The notes beneath the pieces are model-generated. The model saw only the letters and a list, made by a program, of their open reading frames with translations, was not told the origin of the DNA and did not search any database. 64,000 nt of DNA from Candidatus Poribacteria bacterium (GTDB lineage Bacteria; Poribacteria; WGA-4E; PCPOR2b), in contig OZ242351.1 in assembly GCA_965208675.1 (NCBI GenBank), positions 3,200,001-3,264,000 of the forward strand, written 5' to 3'. Made by a program: the position numbers and the translations under genes. Of this stretch, positions 1-9,178 are shown one piece after another. The stretch's first letter is position 1; every line of letters begins with the position of its first letter.

Positions 1-1
1 G

Positions 2-424
2 TTGATTCCGCCGGCGCGGGCTCTGAAAAATGATCTGGAGGCAAGTATCCACACGGAACTTTATGAAGGCACCGGCGATTTGGCGGTGAAAAGTTATAAT
101 AATCTGCATACCAGCGTTAGTAGATTAATAGACCATCCGTATGTGGAATCACTTGCTTTAGAAGCACCTGAAAAGTCAAATGACAGAGAAAAGGTAATGC
201 TCGCTCGCTTAGCAACTAGCCAGCTTGTAGCTTTTCTTGAAGGGCAAACCGGATTAGTAGGTCAAGGGGGAGGTAGCAGCGGTTACGCATATCACGTCGG
301 TCCTATCATCAATGGACCTATAAACAGTATGAGCGATGAAACCCTTGAAAAACTGATTGGTATCGTAAAGGCTCCAAAACCAGAAGACGAGAAGAAAGAA
401 CAGGATGAGAACGAGCAAGAGTAG
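2..424 (+). CDS. Hypothetical protein, 5'-truncated by the window edge
   Basis: Frame open from the window start, acidic C-terminal tail, followed by a terminator; no family recognised. Confidence 0.6.
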   Translation: MIPPARALKNDLEASIHTELYEGTGDLAVKSYNNLHTSVSRLIDHPYVESLALEAPEKSNDREKVMLARLATSQLVAFLEGQTGLVGQGGGSSGYAYHVGPIINGPINSMSDETLEKLIGIVKAPKPEDEKKEQDENEQE

Positions 425-449
425 AGCCGCTCAGCCTGTACAAGATTAG

Positions 450-485
450 GGTGGCTGGATTTAATCCAGCCGCCTTTTTTATTTT
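450..485 (+). terminator. Rho-independent terminator
   Basis: GGTGGCTGGATT-T-AATCCAGCCGCC stem followed by TTTTTTATTTT, ~25 nt after the stop at 424. Confidence 0.8.
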
Positions 486-745
486 AATCATGCTTCTATT
501 GATGTAGCGATTCGCCAAGATGTCGCTCCCGTGTCGGCGAGCACAACCAACGGTTCAATCAGTTTGAAGTTACTAGGGGATTTTTTTGGGTATCTTGGCG
601 CGAAAACCAGTTACGGACGGGAGCGTTCAGATTTCCCTATCCCCCTCACGGACAAATCCAATTCCGTCCCGCCCAGAATACACCGCAACATACTCCATAC
701 GATAAACCGAGTTCATGTTAACGATGTCAGACGATAGGAATCCCT

Positions 746-772
746 CTCCTTACCAAGGAGGAAGGAGGTTGT
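746..772. repeat. 27-bp dispersed repeat; exact reverse complement at 12814-12840
   Basis: CTCCTTACCAAGGAGGAAGGAGGTTGT vs ACAACCTCCTTCCTCCTTGGTAAGGAG; internal CTCCTT-ACC-AAGGAG hairpin. Confidence 0.85.
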
Positions 773-813
773 CCTTGTAGTCTGAGTTAAAATCAATCAA
801 TCATCTGACAGTT

Positions 814-832
814 TTTGTAGGTTGGGTAGAGC
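814..832. repeat. GTAG-type REP-like half element; exact reverse complement at 13565-13583
   Basis: TTTGTAGGTTGGGTAGAGC; related copies at 12778-12816 and ~12914-12940. Confidence 0.75.
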
Positions 833-1163
833 AATCAACTTTGTGAATACCGAAGACAGACAGTAGTCTTCCTATAGTCCTCACCAATCCTCTCCCGGCT
901 TCACTAATTCCCGCCGACACCCATTATCATTGCCGCAAAATCAAATTATCGATTCCCCCACATCGCATTCTTCCAAAGACCCAAAATCGACATTTCGGTG
1001 TCGAGAGGTGAATATAGACCTATTCCCTTCCGATGACACCGATGAATCCGGACATTCTCTTGGATTTTTTTGTGATTTCACCGCTTAATTGAAAAAAAAC
1101 CTTTCACCTGCCAAGAAAAACAGTTACGCATAAACGCCCCCGCCGCCTCAAACCCTTATTTGC

Positions 1164-1279
1164 TGTCTCAAAATGGGACTAATTCCCAATTTGGGAAAAC
1201 ACCCGAATCCCGCTCCATTACTGGATTTGCGCCGCTTTTCTTCCATTTTACCCTTATTAAAGATTCTCATTTTGGGACA
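1164..1279. promoter_or_regulatory. Three 17-bp imperfect palindromes (TCYCA-WWW-TGGGA), putative upstream activator sites
   Basis: TGTCTCAAAATGGGACT (1164-1180), ATTCCCAATTTGGGAAA (1182-1198), ATTCTCATTTTGGGACA (1263-1279), 120-235 bp upstream of a sigma-54 motif. Confidence 0.55.
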
Positions 1280-1397
1280 CCTGCCCCCATCCACCATCGC
1301 ACATCTCTGCCCGACCGAACCCGCCGTACCCTATAAAGATCAGTCTATGACAGGGTTTATCCGTCTGTAAGCCTTAACACTCGCCTTCGACTACGCG

Positions 1398-1414
1398 TTG
1401 GCATGGTTTTTGCC
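1398..1414 (+). promoter_or_regulatory. Sigma-54 (RpoN) -24/-12 promoter
   Basis: TTGGCATGGTTTTTGCC: GG(1400-1401)-N10-GC(1412-1413), close to consensus YTGGCACGRNNNTTGCW. Confidence 0.7.
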
Positions 1415-1613
1415 TAGTAATAAAGCGTCTGAAGACCATGGTGTAAATAGATTTCACTTACTTGATACGAAACCGCATCAAATGACTTTTCAAACAATTT
1501 CTAACGAATAAACCAATCATGAATTCGTATCTCCTTTTTCTTTTTCGCAACAATTTATCGGATTTGTAACGAAAGAAATTAACCCCATACCGAATGAACC
1601 ACAAACAATTGAT

Positions 1614-4600
1614 TTGGACCTGCTCCAGCCCGGCACATGTCTGGTTGATAGGAATCAAAGCACGGAGAGAGTCATTCGTCGGGTTGAGAGGTACGATTCG
1701 TTTGTCCGGCTCTACTTTCAAAGTGAGGATGAACCGTTTACCTATTCCATCGCGGAACTGGAATTGCGTTTCGATGTGGTATCGGGTGCGTTTCGGGCGG
1801 ATGCAAACGTCGTCAGACTTGTTGCTGAAGCCCATCGCCTTCGACATGCCTACCTGTTCAATCCAATCTTCTCCACAGAAACATCGCTTATCGATCCGCT
1901 TCCCCACCAGTTCATCGCGGTATACGACCATCTGCTAAAACACTTCCCGTTGCGATTCCTGTTGGCGGACGATGCCGGCGCCGGAAAAACCATCATGACA
2001 GGGCTTTATATCCAAGAAGTGTTACTGCGGCGGCAGGTGGAACGGGTATTGATTGTGCCGCCCGCAGGACTAATCGGAAACTGGGAGCGCGAATTGCGCC
2101 TGTTTTTTCGACTCAGTTTCCGTATTCTATCTAGCGCCGATGCCGCAGACGCCAACCCCTTCCTTAACCCGCAATACGACTTAGCCATTGTCAGTCTCGA
2201 TACGCTGCGCCAAGAACGGATGCAGGAGTTCCTTTTCGAAGCGCCGCCTTACGACCTGATTGTCTTTGATGAAGCCCACAAGTTATCGGCAAGGTTTGAG
2301 TCGGACGGAACAGTCACGAAATCAAAGCGATACCAGCTTGCCGAGTGGATCGCCGCGGGAGGAAGAAGTCTGTTACTGTTGACCGCAACGCCTCACATGG
2401 GCAAAAACGATGCCTACTACTTTCTCTGGCGGCTTCTGATGCCAGATTTACTTGCCGCACAAGAGGCATTTAATCGGTTGCCTGAGTCGGAGAAGTCAAA
2501 GCATTTACTCCGCCGCATGAAGGAGGAGATGATTACTTTTGACGAAAAACTCATTTACCCGCCTCGAATGAGCCGAACCATTGCTTACCCCTTGAAACAC
2601 GGCGAAATCAGTGAACAGTCGCTGTACGAAAAAGTCACCGACTATTGTGAGACCTACTTCGATCTTGCCGGACAGTACAACCGGTCGGCGGCGAAGATGG
2701 CGATGATGGTGCTTCAGCGGCGCCTCGCTAGTTCAACTTACGCGTTACTGCAAAGCCTGATTCGACGCGAAGAAAAACTTCGTGCAACGCTTCGCGATCT
2801 CCGCGACGGACAATTGACTTTAGAGACATTAAAAGAGCAGCAAGACAAACTCCCCGGATTTGACATCAGAGAAGACAAAACAGGTGATGAGGAGGAGACT
2901 ATTGACGGCCGAGAGGAAGCGGAACAGCTTGATGATGAACTTGCTGAGGCAACGAGCGCTAGATCAATCGAGGATTTAGAAGAGGAAATCGTCCGTGTTC
3001 AATCCCTTACCATTTTGGCGAGGAAGGTTTACGACCTGAAAGATGAAAGTAAGTTCAAGAAACTGCGGGAGGCATTAAAGGCATATCCGGACGAAAAGGT
3101 GCTCATTTTCACCGAGCATCGGGACACAATGGAATTTGTCATCGGACGGCTGGAAGCCCTAGGTTTCGCCGGAAAGGTCGCTCAAATCCACGGCGGCATG
3201 AAATACGACGCGCGTGAGAAGCAAGTTGAGTTCTTTCGCGACGCCGACGGGGCGCGTTATCTCGTCGCAACCGATGCTGCTGGTGAAGGCATCAACCTTC
3301 AATTCTGTCGGCTAATGGTGAACTACGACATTCCGTGGAACCCGGCCCGGCTTGAACAGCGGATGGGGCGAATCCACCGATACAAGCAAACGCGCACGGT
3401 GGTTCTGTTAAACCTCGTTGCCCAAGACACGCGCGAGGGCAGAGTGTTGAAGGTACTGCTGGAAAAGTTGGAACAGATGCGCAACGAATTGAGTGACGAC
3501 AAGGTTTTTGATGTGGTCGGTCAGCAATTCAGCGGCGCATCACTGTCGAAACTCATTGAACAAGCCATCACGGGTAATCAAGTTGACGCCTCAATCCAAA
3601 CCATCAATAACCAATTTACGGCGGGCAATGTCAAAAAGCAACTGGAAGCGCAGCAGAAATTGGTCGCCTGTAGCGAAGTCAGGCGTTTACTGAGCGGTAT
3701 AGAGAAGCGGAGGGAAGCCGCCGAAACGTTGCGAATGATGCCGGCGTATGTCCGCGGCTTCTTTCATGAAGCTGCATCGCTAGTCGGGTATGAAATTGAG
3801 GGTGATGTCGAGGACGTTTTCAAGCTGTCCCGCTGCCCGCCATCGGTGCAAAGTGCAATTGAGAAATATCCGTTGCATCTGAGAGACCGATTGACATTCT
3901 CCAAAGAGATTGCCCTGCCCGATGGATTCAATCAGCCGCAGGCGATTTACCTCCACCCGGGTGAACCCATCTTTGAGTCGGTTTTGTCCCTTTTCTTGGG
4001 AGAATTTGACGATGAAGGATATCGCGGGGCGGTGTATGCCGATTCTCAGACGGATGAACCGTATCTGTTCTATTTGGTAGGAGTGCCGGTGCTGCGGCAG
4101 GATGATACAGAACCCCGTGTCCTCGACGCAGTCCTTGCCGGTGTTAAACATTTTTCAGACGGGCGGTGTGAAAAAACTCCTGCCCATCTGTTGTTGACAC
4201 TAACCCCGCCGGAGAGAGACAACTCACCAATTTCCCGCGAATGGATTAATCTTGCTGACGATGCCGAATTCGTGAAAGGTTTCGTCGCTGAGAAATTAGG
4301 GAATCCAAGCGTTTCTGACATCCGCAGCGAACTTCAATCTCAATTGGAGAATAAGAAAAGACAGATTCAAATCTCATTTAACCTGAGGAAAGGCGAGCTG
4401 CTCGAACAGCGGGGTAAACTTAAAGACGCCGTTGCCAGAGCGGTTCCAGCGGCGCGGACGAAACTCAACGACTGCGAACGAGAACTCGCCGAACTTCCTA
4501 CAAAACGTTCCGCGCTTGAAGCTAGTCTCATTGACGAAATCAAAAGCACCCAATTGGGGCATGTGACCATTTACCTACGCGCCCTTGTCGTACCACCTGC

Positions 4601-4997
4601 ACAGGACGAAACCGAGACCCAGCCAACACATGACGCCGAGATAATCGCTCTCAAAACTGTCATCGAATATGAACGGGAACATGGCGGCCGGATTCAGGAT
4701 GTCTCCGATCCACGCCTCATGAAAGGATTTGACCTAGAGTCCAGACGCCCCAACGGCGAGGTTCGGTTTATTGAGGTCAAGGGGCGGACGGGAGTTACAA
4801 ACATCGAATTGACACCGAATGAATGGCGCCAAGCCGCTAATCATCAAGACCGCTACTGGCTCTACACGGTTTATCACTGTGAGTCAGGCAGTCCGAAGTT
4901 GTACCGTTGCCAAAATCCCCATGCAAAAGGAATTGGTAAACCTGAGGAGAGCGTGGTTGTCAACGCCAATGACATTATCAGTAACAGCGAGGAATGA
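1614..4997 (+). CDS. SNF2-family helicase with C-terminal DUF3883-like PD-(D/E)xK nuclease domain
   Basis: LADDAGAGKT, DEAH, LTATP, ATDAAGEGINLQ, QRMGRIHR motifs; C-terminal GFDLES...FIEVKG. Confidence 0.9.
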   Translation: MDLLQPGTCLVDRNQSTERVIRRVERYDSFVRLYFQSEDEPFTYSIAELELRFDVVSGAFRADANVVRLVAEAHRLRHAYLFNPIFSTETSLIDPLPHQFIAVYDHLLKHFPLRFLLADDAGAGKTIMTGLYIQEVLLRRQVERVLIVPPAGLIGNWERELRLFFRLSFRILSSADAADANPFLNPQYDLAIVSLDTLRQERMQEFLFEAPPYDLIVFDEAHKLSARFESDGTVTKSKRYQLAEWIAAGGRSLLLLTATPHMGKNDAYYFLWRLLMPDLLAAQEAFNRLPESEKSKHLLRRMKEEMITFDEKLIYPPRMSRTIAYPLKHGEISEQSLYEKVTDYCETYFDLAGQYNRSAAKMAMMVLQRRLASSTYALLQSLIRREEKLRATLRDLRDGQLTLETLKEQQDKLPGFDIREDKTGDEEETIDGREEAEQLDDELAEATSARSIEDLEEEIVRVQSLTILARKVYDLKDESKFKKLREALKAYPDEKVLIFTEHRDTMEFVIGRLEALGFAGKVAQIHGGMKYDAREKQVEFFRDADGARYLVATDAAGEGINLQFCRLMVNYDIPWNPARLEQRMGRIHRYKQTRTVVLLNLVAQDTREGRVLKVLLEKLEQMRNELSDDKVFDVVGQQFSGASLSKLIEQAITGNQVDASIQTINNQFTAGNVKKQLEAQQKLVACSEVRRLLSGIEKRREAAETLRMMPAYVRGFFHEAASLVGYEIEGDVEDVFKLSRCPPSVQSAIEKYPLHLRDRLTFSKEIALPDGFNQPQAIYLHPGEPIFESVLSLFLGEFDDEGYRGAVYADSQTDEPYLFYLVGVPVLRQDDTEPRVLDAVLAGVKHFSDGRCEKTPAHLLLTLTPPERDNSPISREWINLADDAEFVKGFVAEKLGNPSVSDIRSELQSQLENKKRQIQISFNLRKGELLEQRGKLKDAVARAVPAARTKLNDCERELAELPTKRSALEASLIDEIKSTQLGHVTIYLRALVVPPAQDETETQPTHDAEIIALKTVIEYEREHGGRIQDVSDPRLMKGFDLESRRPNGEVRFIEVKGRTGVTNIELTPNEWRQAANHQDRYWLYTVYHCESGSPKLYRCQNPHAKGIGKPEESVVVNANDIISNSEE

Positions 4998-5854
4998 AAG
5001 TGTCAATTCCGATAATTCCCATTGATCAAGAACGATTGGCTAGAGTCCTAGAATCAGAATTTGAGTTCTGGGTTCATAATTTCGGGAAGAGGCCGGTTAC
5101 ACGGGCACAGGAACTACGTGCATTTTTTGTGCAATGGTTCGCCGCATTCGCGCCTGAGTGTGTTAAGCATCCGTTTGTTAAGGAAATCTCGAGCTTCGCC
5201 AATGAAATGAGACAGCAAGAAAATTACAACGCACGTTATTGGTATGAGGCGCTGCCGATTGAAAATGCGTTGTACGCAATTACGCTAGATGACTTTTGGA
5301 TAAGCACTTCGCGGGTAAATCTGAATCATCATAACTCGTCACTTCGGATGTTCGTCTTGGAATCCCTTCTTCTCGTGGTTGACAAACTCCGATTTGACGA
5401 CCCTCACTTGCTTGACTGTGTTACTGATAACCTGAAGTCATGGCATGTTGACAGCGATGAATCCGTACTTTTCCTCATTATGGCGCAAGGCAGTCCGAAG
5501 GCAAAAAAGAGCCAAATCAAACAGTGGTTAGATGAGGTGAAGATGAGCCCTCATGATCGCGATAAACTTCTAGCGTTATCCAATGGAGAGTTCATATCTA
5601 ATCCATTTTTGCATTATGTTACTAAATTCGCGTGCTATGTCTTGCTACGATTGGCATCTGAAGAAACTCGCCTCCAGCAGCTAACTCTCTTTCCTGAATT
5701 GCCGGACAAGAAGTTTACAACAGATGTTGATGAACACCAGTTGAATCTCCCAAACGTACCTGTAGATACCGAACCCGATCCCGGAACTGTCATTTGGCAA
5801 CGAATGAACTGCCATCCAGTGTTTCAATCGCATTTCCATATTTGCGAAGACTAG
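4994..5854 (+). CDS. Hypothetical protein (286 aa) inside the defence operon
   Basis: ATGA overlap with the helicase stop; 12-nt gap with GGAG to the methylase; no recognisable motif. Confidence 0.7.
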   Translation: MKVSIPIIPIDQERLARVLESEFEFWVHNFGKRPVTRAQELRAFFVQWFAAFAPECVKHPFVKEISSFANEMRQQENYNARYWYEALPIENALYAITLDDFWISTSRVNLNHHNSSLRMFVLESLLLVVDKLRFDDPHLLDCVTDNLKSWHVDSDESVLFLIMAQGSPKAKKSQIKQWLDEVKMSPHDRDKLLALSNGEFISNPFLHYVTKFACYVLLRLASEETRLQQLTLFPELPDKKFTTDVDEHQLNLPNVPVDTEPDPGTVIWQRMNCHPVFQSHFHICED

Positions 5855-5866
5855 GAGAATCCCCCA

Positions 5867-8761
5867 ATGCCACGTAGACTCATTGAGGAAGCCTTTCCGT
5901 TGCAGAAGGTTTCCAAGGATTCAATAGATGAACAGGAGGTGAACCACGGAAGACCGAATGGCTTACACTATTGGCCCGCGCGCCGTCCTCTCGCCGCATG
6001 CCGCGCCGTAACAATAGCAACTTTGCTGCCCGATCCCGGCGATGCCCCTGAAATAATGAAAAGGGAGTACACACGACTTTCCGGGTCGCCGTTGCCTGAC
6101 AAACAGCGTGACTACGTTTGCGACCTCATTTCTTCGCTGACCCGTTGGGGCGATGAAAATGGACAGGCGAATTGGGACGAAAAAGACCAGAAAGGACGCT
6201 GGCTCAATAAGCTACGAATCGCCAGAGAACTCGTACAGAAGGCGTACGACGGGCGTCCGCCGAAAGTGATGGATATGTTTGCTGGGGGAGGTGCCATTCC
6301 GCTTGAGGCAATGCGGCTCGGTTGTTCGGTGACAGCCAACGACTATAACCCGGTGGCGTGGTTCCTACTCAAGTGCACACTTGAATATCCTCAACGGTTT
6401 GCCGGAAAGACCTATGAACTTCCTGACTTGAATCTTAATGAACACCCCGATTTAAGAAATGGAGATCTCGCTAATCATGTCCGCTTGTGGGGGCAGTGGA
6501 TTTTGGAAAAAGCCCGCGATGATCTCGTGCAATACTATCCCCTAATTAATGACAAACCCACGGTCGCCTATCTCTGGGCGAGAACGATTCCGTGCCAAGA
6601 TCCAAGATGCGATGGGACGATTCCACTGCTCAAGACCCTCTGGGTTTGTAAAAAAGCTGAGAAAACACTTACGGACACCCCTGACAATCGAAAACGTCCT
6701 GACTTTCTCCGACTAAAAAAAACAAAAAGTCGGACCAAAGTCATCATAAATGGAAAGCGTGCACTTAAGTTCAGGCCTGACTTCGAGACGAAGCGTGTCC
6801 ACTTTGAGATTTTCACACCTAAAGACTCAGGGGATGTTGGGGAACCTACAATGTCCGGGTCGACAGCAACCTGTCCGTTTTGCTGCTCACAACAGCCTGG
6901 GGACTACATCAAGCAGTGTGGACATGAGGGCAAACTTAAGGCGCAGATGACTACAGTTGTCTATCAAGAGAAACATGGCAAAGAATATCGTCCCCCCACT
7001 CAGGCGGAGATTGCCGCCGCGGACGTGTCAACAGAAGCGTTGGCTGCAATTACCGATGCAATTCCACATGGGATTCCTGATGAACCAATGCCTGGACCTG
7101 CAACGCTCGGATTTCGTGTTCCACTCTACGGCTTTAAGAAATGGTCGGATCTCTTCACACCCCGGCAGTTGTTGGCGTTGATGACATTCGTGAAATGGAC
7201 GCGAGCGGCTAGGATAGAGATGGAAAATTTCAGTTATTCATCTGAGTGGATCGAAGCAGTATCAGCTTACCTCGCGCTGCTGATTAGCAAGATCGCAGAC
7301 TACAACTGCACCAGTGCAACTTGGGGTTTGAATCAGGAAGCGGTTGGGCGTTTGTTTGTTGCCGCACGGATTCCGATTACTTGGGATTACGGAGAGGCAA
7401 ACATGATTGGTGGGTCGAGCGGTTCGTATCAGCTCCATCAAATAGTCCAGGGACGAGTGTTATCCCGCTTATTTGGCTGGCCCCATATCCAAGACCCCTC
7501 ACCGTCGGTAACCTGTGGGGATGTGCTTCAGACGGCGTTTCCGTCCGACGTGGATCTGATTGTGACGGATCCACCGTACTACGATGCAGTTCCGTATGCG
7601 GATGCCTCCGATTTCTTCTTTGTGTGGAACAAAAGAAATGGATTCATTCCAGAGACACTTGGTGTTCAAACCGATGATTCCGTCGTGCCGAAAGCGGCGG
7701 AACTAATTCAGCATACCGCTCGGTTCGGTGGGGCTAAGGATGAGGCGAGGGAATATTACACACAGGGTATGAAAAAGGCGTTCGCGCGGGCACATCGCAC
7801 CCTATCTGATGATGCACTTATAGTTATCGTTTTTGCTCACAAAGATCCAGAGGCGTGGGAGACGTTGCTAACAGCAATCATTGGTGCGGGCTTCACTGTG
7901 ACCGCATCGTGGCCAATTGATACAGAAAAAGCAAGCCGAATGCGCGGGAAGAACTCCGCCGCGCTCGCGACTTCGCTGTGGCTGGTCTGCCGAAAGCGAC
8001 TAGAGAACGCAAAAGTGGGGCATTACAGCAAAGTCAAAGAAACAATGCAGCAACGGATTACCGAACGCCTGCGGTATTTCTGGGATGCCGGAATTCAAGG
8101 ACCGGACTTCGTCTGGACGGCGATAGGCCCTGCGTTGGAAAGCTATTCCAGCTATAAAGAGGTCCGGCGGATGGATGGAGGGGCGTTTACGGTGGCAGAG
8201 TTTCTCACAGAGGTACGGCGTATCGTGACAGACTTTGCATTGGGACAAATTCTGCACGGCGCAAGCACGGAAGCGCTAGACGAATGGACACGCTACTACC
8301 TGATGCACATGAATCACTTCGGAGCGGGGGATGCGCCGGTGGGCGAGTGCATTCTATTGGCGCAAGGGTATGGACTGCCGCTTGACGATTTGACGGAACG
8401 CCGAATCGGTATTTTGACGAAAGCCTCGTCAGGTAACGCGCTCCGTCTGTTGGATCATACCGACCGGCGTTCGGATCGAGTGGGACAGACTCACCCCTCC
8501 GGTGGACTGCCAATGGTAGACATGCTCCATAGGGTCATGAATCTCTGGAAGGCTGGTGACCAAAAGCTGATTAGCACCTATCTCACCGAGCAGGGTTTGC
8601 GAGAAAACAACCTCTTTAAGTCGGTCGTTCAAGCCCTCATCGAAATGAGTCCGCAGGGTTCCGATGAAAGATCGCTTTTGGAGACAATCATCAATTACAC
8701 CCCAAATCTATCGGGGGAGGACACCGAACAACAACTCACTTTTCGAGAGATTACCCCATGA
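5867..8761 (+). CDS. DUF1156-family N6-adenine DNA methyltransferase
   Basis: RRLIEEAFP / HYWPARRPLAACRA N-terminus, motif I DMFAGGGAIPLEA, catalytic TDPPYY, CxxC cysteines. Confidence 0.9.
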   Translation: MPRRLIEEAFPLQKVSKDSIDEQEVNHGRPNGLHYWPARRPLAACRAVTIATLLPDPGDAPEIMKREYTRLSGSPLPDKQRDYVCDLISSLTRWGDENGQANWDEKDQKGRWLNKLRIARELVQKAYDGRPPKVMDMFAGGGAIPLEAMRLGCSVTANDYNPVAWFLLKCTLEYPQRFAGKTYELPDLNLNEHPDLRNGDLANHVRLWGQWILEKARDDLVQYYPLINDKPTVAYLWARTIPCQDPRCDGTIPLLKTLWVCKKAEKTLTDTPDNRKRPDFLRLKKTKSRTKVIINGKRALKFRPDFETKRVHFEIFTPKDSGDVGEPTMSGSTATCPFCCSQQPGDYIKQCGHEGKLKAQMTTVVYQEKHGKEYRPPTQAEIAAADVSTEALAAITDAIPHGIPDEPMPGPATLGFRVPLYGFKKWSDLFTPRQLLALMTFVKWTRAARIEMENFSYSSEWIEAVSAYLALLISKIADYNCTSATWGLNQEAVGRLFVAARIPITWDYGEANMIGGSSGSYQLHQIVQGRVLSRLFGWPHIQDPSPSVTCGDVLQTAFPSDVDLIVTDPPYYDAVPYADASDFFFVWNKRNGFIPETLGVQTDDSVVPKAAELIQHTARFGGAKDEAREYYTQGMKKAFARAHRTLSDDALIVIVFAHKDPEAWETLLTAIIGAGFTVTASWPIDTEKASRMRGKNSAALATSLWLVCRKRLENAKVGHYSKVKETMQQRITERLRYFWDAGIQGPDFVWTAIGPALESYSSYKEVRRMDGGAFTVAEFLTEVRRIVTDFALGQILHGASTEALDEWTRYYLMHMNHFGAGDAPVGECILLAQGYGLPLDDLTERRIGILTKASSGNALRLLDHTDRRSDRVGQTHPSGGLPMVDMLHRVMNLWKAGDQKLISTYLTEQGLRENNLFKSVVQALIEMSPQGSDERSLLETIINYTPNLSGEDTEQQLTFREITP

Positions 8762-8799
8762 TTGCTGAGATTCAAAGCACAATCATAGCGGAGTATGTT

Positions 8800-9130
8800 T
8801 TGTGGGAGGGGCATCCTTGCCCCGATAAGCAAACGAAATGATGAGTTTATGCGAAACCAAGAAGAATGGATGGAAGGGACAAAACTGGAAGGTTGGAAGG
8901 ATAGGTACAAGTTGCTTTGAATCCCGATCCCATCGAGGACCTACCCCTAAATTCTTTCCAAAGATTCGCGCTCCAGTGGCTCAGTTTGTAGTAACGCGTT
9001 CATTGCGCGTTCTTCCTTCCCCCTGCTTGCGGGGGGATAGAGGGGGGACGGGCGATAAATCGTCCTACGACAAACCATCGGTCAAAAATCCGTGCAATCC
9101 CTTAATCCGTTTAATCCGCGATTCAGACAA
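8800..9130. repeat. Cluster of several short palindromic and tandem repeat families
   Basis: GGGGCATCCTTGCCCC (cf. ~17967-17982), GGAAGG-type tandem units, TTTGTAGTAACGCGTTCATTGCGCGT (cf. ~12956-12982), CCCCCTGCTTGCGGGGG hairpin, AATCC 9-mer tandem. Confidence 0.7.
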
Positions 9131-9178
9131 TTATTATGTCCCCCTACAGATACTTACAGTCTTTGAAAAGGAGATAAC

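Noticed and set aside
531-1370. Short ORFs 531-737 and 1173-1370 (also 8838-9182 and 12547-12747)
   Set aside because: They overlap repeats or regulatory motifs and lack an RBS or any protein motif.
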